64,000 nucleotides of DNA from Haliotis cracherodii (lineage: Eukaryota), in NCBI RefSeq assembly GCF_022045235.1, contig NW_027266297.1, positions 53,196,001 through 53,260,000 of the forward strand. The letters are read 5' to 3'. Position numbers and translations under genes: made by a program. Under the pieces are notes generated by a model. That model searched no databases. It was not told the origin of the DNA and saw only the letters and a list, made by a program, of their open reading frames with translations. Positions 51,114 to 61,712 of the stretch are shown here, one piece after another; the stretch's first letter is position 1; the number at the start of each line of letters is the position of its first letter.

Positions 51114-52555
51114 GCGCGTTCAGCTAAAAACGGAAACATGTGCCCTTCGTTGCTTTGATGAATTCCGAAGTACTCCGTGGGGATTCAAGGGTATTGAATG
51201 GGGCCCATGTAACCTCTTCTTGTCGTGAGAGGCGATTAAGACAGATCAAGTGGTCAGATTGAGGAAACGTGCATTTATATGTCACACGTTACATAAGCTG
51301 TGTATGTACAAACATTAGGCATATAATTGAAAAGTAAATTCCAGGCATTTAATGTTTATGATACACACTTAGACAGTGAAACACATATATACATAAAATA
51401 TAAGAAGGATACTATTTGTATCCTGTGTAAAACAATATTTCGCATGGTATATTTCAGTCACATCGTGAGGAGAGAAGGTTCTATTTTAAAAGTAAATGCT
51501 CTTAGACTGTATAAAATCTTGTCGTCGAAGGACAGTAAAACAACTAGAACATCGCAGATTTTATGTATAACTAGTATGTAACCATAAAAAGATATTACTA
51601 TACAGAACAATACAGATCGCCAGCAACTGAAGGTAGATCAGCATACTGGGGACCATGCTACGTGCATGGACCCAAACAGGATTTACACCATCCCTTGAAT
51701 AAAGGCGATTGTACGCAGGCTAACCACAATTAAAATGACAAATATTCTGCGCTCCAAGTAGTAGATAAAAATGCATGGAGAGTGTCTAGACAAATGGGTT
51801 TCCAAAATTAAAACGGGGCGTGTTTAAATATTCTTTGAATGACATGGACTTAGGATATCCCATCATGGCGACATTCATTTCAACTACTGCGATTCTGTAA
51901 CACCGCTTTGAAAAACATTCAGCTCGTTAAATTCTCTTTCATTGTTGATACAGTTTGCTCTACGATTTAGGTGTTTCACCATTGAACCCACCGTGAATGG
52001 TATGAAGTAGTTGCCGGTGTCTGAAGACTCTCGTCATTCATTGCGTATTATTACTGCCAGTCACACATGTAATGTGTGTATTTGTGTACACAAAGTCAGA
52101 GGAGTCGTCGATACGGTTGTCAGATATGTGTACAGTACGGCACTCTTTTGAGTATTTGTACCTAAAGTGACAGCAACTCGTCAAGTGGATATTTCATTAC
52201 ATTACGGATATCATTAACTACGACTTTGCAAGGTACGTAATTTCACACAAGAAATACGGTTTCCACCTGATCTGAGGGTTGACGAACTGGTAAACACAAC
52301 CCCTAGAGCTGTGTCTACCTTTACCCGGAACCCGGATGATCTTGTTTCTAGAAATTGTTGATTTGTGTTGTCGTACTTCCACGTTGTTGCTCCAATATCA
52401 ATGACTGGTTTGTCTGGTCCAGAATCGATTGTTTTCTGATCGCCGCTAGATAGCTAGAACATTGCTGCACGGCGGTGTTAAACAACTCTCATTCATTCAA
52501 GTCATATCAAAACAACTATGTTCCAGGTGCATGTCTCGAATGACAAGCCGTCACT

Positions 52556-54449
52556 ATGGCCCAAATTGGACGAATAACTTTAGTAAGTGGATATCTTGTT
52601 TTTATATATTTGCTTCAAATGACAGGTCTATAACGGTATATGAATATTAACAACTTACCTTTATAAACTGTACTTCGTTATGTTCATTTTAGCTATAATG
52701 GATGCTAAATATGGGATATTCAGGCCCATTTTAGTTATTTCGAAATATTTGCAATAAGCCTTACTTAACGAATGGTCAAATGTGACAATGATGAGTAAAT
52801 GAATTGTGCTTCATTTTCCCCTTTAGGGTGTTCTAGTGACAGTGGTTGGGATCGTCGTAGATACAGCAGGTGGGTATTCAGTCTGTGTTTCATAATTTCA
52901 TATTTAGCATGGGCAGTACTTGGATGGGTAATTAATTAACACGTGAAACACCGAACTATGTTAATCTGCCTGATAGCACGGTTCTACCCTGAGCACGTGA
53001 TCACTAGCTGGTTGGTCTCATGCTTGCTTCATCTTATAACGGGGCAATAGAGTAGCCTAGTGGTTAAAGCGTTAACTCGTCAAGGTTCGAGTACAATGTG
53101 AGCAGCTAATTTTTGGTGTCCCCCGCCGTGATGTTGCTGGAATTTACGGACGTTAGACTATTACTCACTCACTTACTGCATCTTCAATTTTTAGGTGCAG
53201 CTGATGTGGACATTGGAATGTGCATGAGAGAGTCCAATGGCAACTGTCTTGAGTGTCAGTATGGATGGTATGGGCCTCAGTGTTTGAATAAATGTCGATT
53301 TTGCTCGACCACTGGATGTGATCAAACAGGGATCTGTGAACAATGTCAGGCTGGTAGCTCTGGGAAATATTGTAACTCCAGTTGCCCTGATCACTGCAGA
53401 CCGGCTAGAGATGGAAGTGTGAACTGTGAACGGGATACTGAGAAGTGCCAGGAAGGATGTATGCGTGGCTGGTGGGGGGACACGTGTAACCAAACATGTA
53501 GCACACACTGTAGGCAGGGAGCATGTCTCCAGATCAATGGGGACTGTATAGGTGATTGTGAGGATGGTTGGTCTGGAGTCCAGTGTAATACAGCATGTCC
53601 ACAAGGATGTGTAAATAAAAGATGTTCTTTCCATGGCAAATGCTTCGATGGTTGCAGTGCTGGTCTGTGGGGAGAGGAATGTGATAAGACTTGTAGTAAG
53701 GCTACCTCAAAGTGCTTCCAGGGTAATGGCACCCGTACGGGTGAGTGTAAGGACGGATGGTACGGATTGCAATGCGATGCAGTCTGTTCTGTAGGTTGCC
53801 TGACGAGGAAATGTGATGCACGATCAGGGAGGTGCGAAGGTGGATGCAAAGTAGGTACCTATGGGGAAACATGTGACCGTGAATGTAGCTCACAGTGTCG
53901 GGGTTCACAGTGTGATACTAGTGGAAGGTGTTTGCAAGGTTGTGAAGCAGGATTTCAGGGCAGCTCTTGCACAGCAGCATGTCCCTTCAACTGCCTGACA
54001 TGTGAACAAGACGCAGATGTCTGCACAGGGTGCAAAATAGGATTGACTGGAACTCGTTGTCAATCAGCTCAGCCTGATATTTCAGGTTTGTATTCCTCTG
54101 ATTGCTAAGTACAACTGTAACATATCGTTCAGCCATGTGCATATATAATCAAGAAGAGTTATCTATAATGAGCTACGATGTGTGTTAAGCTTTAAGCTAT
54201 GTTCTAACAGTCGTTACATATATTTGCTTCAAATTGAAGATTCCTATTAACTTCAAGAAAAGGCAATGGTGATAATAAAACTAAGATACATGCATTACTG
54301 CATAGTTTGACACAAATGATAATAACATACCTATTCTCTCCATTTCAGGTAGCAGATGCTTCTATATTGATACTATTTTAATTGAAGCCTCAGTGATAAT
54401 CAGTTTGATCGGTGAGGCCGTACTGAATAGATGCACATCATCAGTTTGA
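52556..54449 (+). CDS. Gene 6: multiple-EGF-like cell-surface protein, short hydrophobic C-terminus (GPI-like)
   Basis: Predicted exons: 52556-52582 (MAQIGRITL|gtaagt), 52827-52869 (GVLVTVVGIVVDTA|gtgggt), 53195-54085 (EGF repeats|gtttgt), 54349-54449 (GSRCFYIDTILIEASVIISLIGEAVLNRCTSSV*). Confidence 0.8.
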
Positions 54450-57199
54450 CCAAACAGAAAGAGGTATTACATTCAAGGACTGTTTGGCAGTTGGCAGTTG
54501 GCAGTTTCACGAGGCTGTCAACATCCACAGTATCAAGGAGAAAACACAATCGCTGCATTGTGTCTATCTATTAAGCTTACCTACAAGGTCATGACTGTTG
54601 ATCTCGAAAGAGTGATCTGTACATAGTAACTGAACTGAAAATGTCGTCGTAATGTCATTAATGAGCATATCAAATTCATATCAGGTGTTTTGATGAAGTG
54701 GTTATTCATTTCAATGATAATGTGTACATTTACTCTTTGTTTTGTCTGTGTATTTATTGTTGTAAGTTGTAGCAGTAATAGTGTCAACAACGATCAGTTC
54801 TACATGCCGGAAGTTCCACCCGTCGTGAAAAAGAACTGTTCCATGGGAATAATGCCCCTAGAGAAATATAGTACAAAGGAACGGTTTCACTGAAGGAATA
54901 GACAATTCTTTGACAATAGCGCATATTAATTATGTGTATTGCACATAAGCCTAAGCCAAAATTCATATAATGCTTTTCACTGCATCGAAACATCGAAACG
55001 TCGCAGCTCGTTTAGTTAAACAGTTGACTGATCTACTGATTCATGGATAAGATATTTACTGGTTATTTGCTCCCTTAAAGGTTTTCTAATCGACGGGCAA
55101 ATATACAGGAATTGAAAGTCCTCAGTTTGGTTAGGTTTACAGCGGGAACACAGGCGATCTATATTCATTTGACTTGCAACTCGAGTACGAACAAAACAAT
55201 TTGCAAATTAAACAAAACTGAGTCAGCTGTAAGATATTTGTGTTAAAGTATTAGCTGTTACTATTAACGGTATATATGTATCATATGTACATACTAGACC
55301 ATTCCTGGAGGAATATATATGTTCCAGTGATGTAGTCAGTGATGTAAAAGTTCTGATCACCATAGCAAAGTGGGTTACATCGAACATCTCTTTTAAAGGG
55401 CACATATTGTCTTGTATTTTAGAATAATTGCCTTTATGTGTTCTTTTTTTATGAATAATTTGGTTGTTTATATGTGTATACATCGTAACTGTAGAAGAGA
55501 ACAATTCAACAGTTTCACCTTTATAACTTATTGAACATTCATAGAATAATCTCTACCCATCTATATGTGCTATGTTATGTGTTAAAGTCTTCTGTGTCTT
55601 TAAGATGCGAATCTACCGTTACCAATATGTATCATACTGGAAGATCTAGACGTTGTAAGATTATTGTGTGTATATTTTAGCTATTTTGTTCATATTTGAG
55701 TGAATGTATATACAAAATTAAAGGTTTGCTAAATGAGCGTATATATTGCCTGTTATTGTTTCATGAAACAGTTTTTTGGAGTGAGGGGCGATTGAGTAGC
55801 TTAGTGTTTAAAGTGTTCGCTCGTCGCGCCGAAGATCCGGGTTCAATTCCCTCCAAAGTCCATTTTGGGTGTTCCCTGCTGTGTAATTGCTGGAATACTG
55901 CAAAAAGCGGCGTAAATCAATATTCACTCACTCGTTTGGAGTGTAAACCATGATAAAACTTGGAACGTCACCCGTAACAGCATTCTCCAACCTAACCATT
56001 TTGGGGGACCACTGCTGGATCGTTTGTTTCACGCTTAAGACATTATTCCAGCATTATTCCAGCTATCCTTGGGCGCTCTGTAGAATGGAGTCTGGGCAAG
56101 GGAATGCAGGGTTTGGCTGCATGAGGAAGCACGATGACGCCTAACAAGTCACACAATGTAGCCACCCGATTGCCATCAGTCGACTCATACGACGCACATT
56201 GGAAGCAGGGGACGGGGCACATGTAGTACGTGTCTAATCCTGACGCAGACCTGTGCTAAAACGAGCCACACTGACGATATCATTAATGACTAGTATATTG
56301 TTTGCCAAAAGTTGATGCTGCTCTAAAAATACTCGGATTATCTTTATGAGAAATACAAATTCAATCCTTATGGACCTGTTATAAAATGTATATAAAGAAA
56401 CAAAGCGGGGCTACAATCCGTTTGCAGAAAAATGACGCAGATGAATCATAACTTGCCACGGAAAGTAGAAGTGATATTGGAAAAGTGACATCGCAAAAGT
56501 TAATAACTACACTACGCCAACTCACGTCTTCAAAATAATTGTTTGACAAAGAGAGTGAGTCAGTGAGTTTGGTTAACGCCGCTTTAAACAGTATGCTTGT
56601 TACATCACAGCACGTGACCTTAATGTGGAAGAAAATCCCGAAGTGATGCAAGTGTGAGTGTGTATGTGTGCGTGCGTGCGTGAGCGTGTGTGTGTGTGTA
56701 TGTGTGTCTAACGTGTGTCTATACTAGGAGGGATCTCATGTACAGTAACTGAGAGTACAGTGAGGTACAGAAATAGAAGGGCACAATTCAGTATTCTTAC
56801 TCTCAAATAGATTAGTCTTATGATGTTGAAGCACTGTCAGAATACTGCATTGTGCCTGGCAGTTCACATTGCACCTCCAAACTGCAGTCCACGGCTGACG
56901 TAAAAGAGATCTCATACAAAGTGTATGATTCTTTGAAGGCAGAATGTGATAGGTAGGCCATTTCATTCAATGATTTAAGGACGGGCAATGATAAGAACAA
57001 TGTTTCACCCCCTGGAAATGTCACATTTACGAACGAACATATTTCTTATACGTGTTTCTTTACTTAAATGCAGCAGAATTTCGCCAAAACAAGCAAAACA
57101 AGCAGCCATTATATTGTTTAGTTTCAACAAAATCAGTAAATGGTCTAACACAGGATGATGCTGTTACTTGTTTAGAGTCCGCCGTCAACGTCGGATGGC

Positions 57200-58200
57200 A
57201 GAAATACTGCTGAGGCAATAAACAAACATTTACTTTGTATGCAAGTTGTGTGTGCGGCTGGTGCTACCGGTAGAACAGGACATGCTTAACCATTTTGCGA
57301 ACACCTGGTGTCATCACTGATTTTTGGTGATCCAGTCATATTATCATCACTGCTTTTTCGCCTCTTCCTTCCAACGGAATCTGTTTCAGCGGATGATCGA
57401 GACTGATTACTATTCGGCGTTGACTTTTTGTTTTTACAGTTATTCAAACATGTGCTTTGGAAAGAAGAAATACACAAATGTGGCTACAGATACAGAGAGG
57501 TCAGTGGGGCAAAACGTAGAGCGCTTTGCGAGCAAGCAGACATTATCCAAATGAGAAAACATTACCTTCACACAATAAATTTAAATATGGATAAGGTTAG
57601 GAGCCTGTATATGGAGGAAACATCTCCCAGTGCTACCCATACAGCGAGCAATCAGTATGTACCAAAGGTGGGTTGTGGGAGTCCGGCAGAAAGCTACCTG
57701 TAGGAAAGGGTGCGAGGTTGATCATTTGGCATTCAAGGTGTAACGTGAGGGTTTCCTCCCTGGATGTTCTCCCGTTTTCAGGGCAAAGGCAACAGACAAT
57801 AATGACTTTTACACAGAAAAAAACTGCGCAATGTTCATAGAGATGCCGCAGAAACAGTTTGTCAAAGCCTTTTCCAAAAGGTCCATTGGACAGTTCATCA
57901 TACCACAGCATGCAGCACCCAGACACAAAGGTGCCAGTCTCAAATAACCGAAAAGGCGAAACAGTGTCATGGCTAGAAAACAACGATATTCCAGTGCTCA
58001 ACAAAACTAAAACTTGAATGTGTTGTATTGTCAAAGGTAATGCGGGTAGGTATAATACTTTATTTTGATAATTTTTTGTTAAACAATCACTTGGTCTGGT
58101 GAGTGTAGCCAACCAACTGTCAGAGATGTGTTGACGGGCCCGTGTTGAGGACGTATCATGTAACGTAGAGCTGGCATACAGGTCGATAGATGATCTCACC
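57200..58200 (+). mobile_element. Degenerate IS630/Tc1/mariner-superfamily transposase (possibly Sailor/DD82E-like)
   Basis: Remnants HKCGYRY, LYMEET (xDET-like), GKGARLII, GFLPG, SSSYHS (DNAxYH-like) and WLENNDIP..TK; many stops and frameshifts. Confidence 0.6.
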
Positions 58201-61117
58201 ATGTCAACGGCTTAGCATTTGGTCAGTTATGTAGAATCAGACAGTAGTGATTCAGAGTATGAATTAGTGACAAATGTTTTGAGATGACCCCTTTTCATCC
58301 AAACTGTGCTACCAGTTGATGCGCTCCCCTTTGTGTAAAGACGTTTGACACAACTATGTAAATACAGTGTCTTTAACAGCCATTTCCTACGGACATTTCC
58401 AACAATCAAATTTAAGATGTGAGTTGATGTGAGGTATTTATTAACTATTGTGATGTCACTATTCAAATGCCACTTCTACTTTCTGTCTAAAGTTATGAAT
58501 TCATCCGCGTTCCTTTGCTACAAACGGAGTGAACATGTTTGTCACGTCCTAGAGTAATAGTTTCTCTTACACAAATAATCCATCTCCGAGAACATTTTCA
58601 GGGAATTTACAACTGTGGCAGGTTGTTTGACTCAAATTTCTGAAAACCCTCTGTGGCGACTTTCGATTCAGGCTATGAAGGCTCTATGAAGGCCTAACTC
58701 TCGAGGAGAAGTAATGTATTACTTACTAGCCTTTTATCAAATCACGTCTATAATTAACATAATTGTCCAAAGCGATACGACACGACGTCATGAAGGAACA
58801 CGACGTATGGTTTGTTAATGACCAATAAAAAGTCATGGGTCCTTTGCCTTACATATCTTTGCAATAGATCATATGCCGCTGTACGAAGTGTACTGTCCTA
58901 TAGCTAGTTACTTCAAGAGACCTTACGTCAGACGCTGGTAAACCACAATATATACTTGTATACTGCAGCGGCTCGTGTTTTGAACAAGCAATAAATTTAA
59001 ATTGAAGACTGGTGGGGTGAGGTGAAATGGGGTTCAACGGCGCGTTCAAGATTGTACATTTAAATACTCTATTGACAATAACTGACGTTGCATGGCCTGC
59101 AGTGAGTAAGCATCATGCGCTAGGGTCGAGTCCGTCGAGACCGTCGTCTACACACATCGTTGCTACCGCATTACATTCAGTACACAAAACGTAACTTGAT
59201 AGCATAGAGATAAGGAGTACGACACATATATATGGATCGATTATCTGGTTTCCTTGTAAATTTCATGTTTTGCTTTGATGACCTAGGGTTAGGAATCATC
59301 ATGCTATTGAATTAGTTTCACCCTTATCTTGCAAAAAAACAACTGCAACAGCTTGAATATACATCACGCAGACATCTTCTCTACATGAGGAAGAAGATAC
59401 GCAAAGTGCATGTATATATTCTATTAGCATTGAGGTGAAGTAAGGTGAAATGTACCATACCACAGTTTAACATGAATACCCCACACAGTATACTGACTCC
59501 GATCCATCCAGTCCTTGTTTTCGCCCCTTAATGCCGAGCGCCAGTCAGAGTAACAACAAAAACATCTTTTGATGTCTTTTGTTATCACGGAAGCGGTTAT
59601 TATTATAATTGAGACTTTTGATATTTTGTTAACTGTTATCTATGGTTAATACGTTATACATTGAATTAAATAGTCAATTGGGATCTATTTCTGATCATGT
59701 CTTCGTACCTTTGTTCCGATTACAACGATACTGATCTAACGGACGACCAAGTTGACATGTGACACGCGTCGGATAGATATTCAGGCAACGATACATGATT
59801 CAATCATGCAGCTATATATCTGTCCTGTCAACCCGGACGTTGTAGTGTAGACAGCTGATTACAGGTGATCCTGTTTCTCGCGGAGCCTACCCCACTTGGT
59901 TGTGTCACGTGTCACATCGGAGTATATGCAGTTATTATGCCTTATCTTGCCACCACAGTCGTAAACATTAACATTGAGGGCATCCTGGAAAAACACAAAT
60001 CGTTCACGGGAATTCCGGAGAAAAAGTTCTAATGCATGGCATTATATGTTTTAAGGTCTTAAAATGCGTTGTTATATGTTTGATCAACGTGTACCTACAG
60101 TGGAACTTTTCTGCATTACAAACTGTAGACAATTTTTTCAGTAAATTATGTCCATTATATTGTCTCCTTTGAATTATGATGCTGGTTTTAGTCAGATGAC
60201 GTGTGGAAGATGTGGATGTGTAGATACCGGCATTTGTACAGCATGGACGTGTGACATTATCAGGTTATAAACCTTTCACAAGGCCATCCATCATATTCAG
60301 ATTATATCTTGTTACAGTTTCTTTACCTCACTTAAAGCAGATTTGAATACCTTACAGTGCATGCACATTCAAGACTACAACTGTACTCATCGTATTCAAA
60401 ACACAGTCCCTCTTATTGTACTGTGTACAGTACATCCACGCTGATGGGCAGGATACACAACTAGGACGTAGATAAACGGCAGTGACGTACATAGCTGATG
60501 TAATCATCTATATATACCCCATACCGCTGCCTGTGTATACAGTACTGTTTTAGTTGTCAGGAGTCCACCAAGGCTGTCGGTTGTTGTCTGCCCTCTTCAT
60601 GTGAAGTCAGGTGAGGCCACCCTCGCTGTTCTGCAACCCAAGCTCGCTGCCGTGTTCTCCTGTTCGCTGCTGGCTGCTGCATGACTTGGGTTAAGAAGAT
60701 TTAACTGCAAGTATATTCTTTCAGTTTTTGCACGAGCGTTGATGGCGACTTGTTTCTTATTAGAGACATTACATATATTGTTATTAGTCTGGCCAACTAT
60801 GCATCACTTATCATGACTTTAAAGATAACTTTTTCTCTCTGTAAGTCGGGCCAACTCAAAATCAGAGTGACATCCCTTTGCCATCCCAGGATCTGATGGT
60901 CGTGAATCAGATGCTTTGTCTGTCAGCATTATGAACTCGGGGGTTTCTTACCTGAGATGAGAGTACAGATGGCCAACTCGCCTTCTTGACGTTTCTGCAT
61001 CTGCTAGCTTTGGATTTGTAAACCGAAATTTGGTCATTACGTAAAAGTTTGCTCTCATATGTTGTTTTGGCTCGTTTGTCTAAACTGATAGACCTGTCAA
61101 CAACCTCTCCACCTTTA

Positions 61118-61260
61118 GTGTGTGAGTGAGTATAGTTTTACGCCGCTTTTAGCAATATTCCAGCAATATCACGGCGGTTGACACCGGAAAATTGGCTTGA
61201 CACATTGTACCTATGTGAGGAATCGAACCCGTGACGAGCCAACGCTTTTAACCGCTATGT
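61118..61260 (-). mobile_element. tRNA-derived SINE family B copy
   Basis: B box and tail; perfect 14-bp TSD CCTCTCCACCTTTA (61104-61117, 61261-61274). Confidence 0.88.
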
Positions 61261-61712
61261 CCTCTCCACCTTTAACGCCGCGTGTACGTACCCGGACTAA
61301 TGCAGACTTCAAAGTTCTAGTCAACTCAGGGAACAACAAGTACCATCTTTCAATGTCTGTTGGTATGACGCGACGGGATCGAATCACCAACTTTCCGCTT
61401 TCCGGGCACACGCTCGATCCACTTGACCACGGAGGCGGCACTTTCAGCTTTTGAGAAGAGGAAACGTGTTGTATTCCGGCGACAGAAAATATTATTAATT
61501 TTTTATATCTCTCCAATTTGTAATTAAAATCTCCACAATTAACATTATATATGGAGCGTTGCATATATACAATGATAACCCCTTGATATGTCTTAGTTTT
61601 AAGGCATTTATGACGTATCGCTACCCTTCCCTCGATATGATGATATTGTAATTACCCCGTGTTGTTTCAGAATCAAGGATCCTGAGGGTTAAATGAAAGA
61701 GACACCACCACC

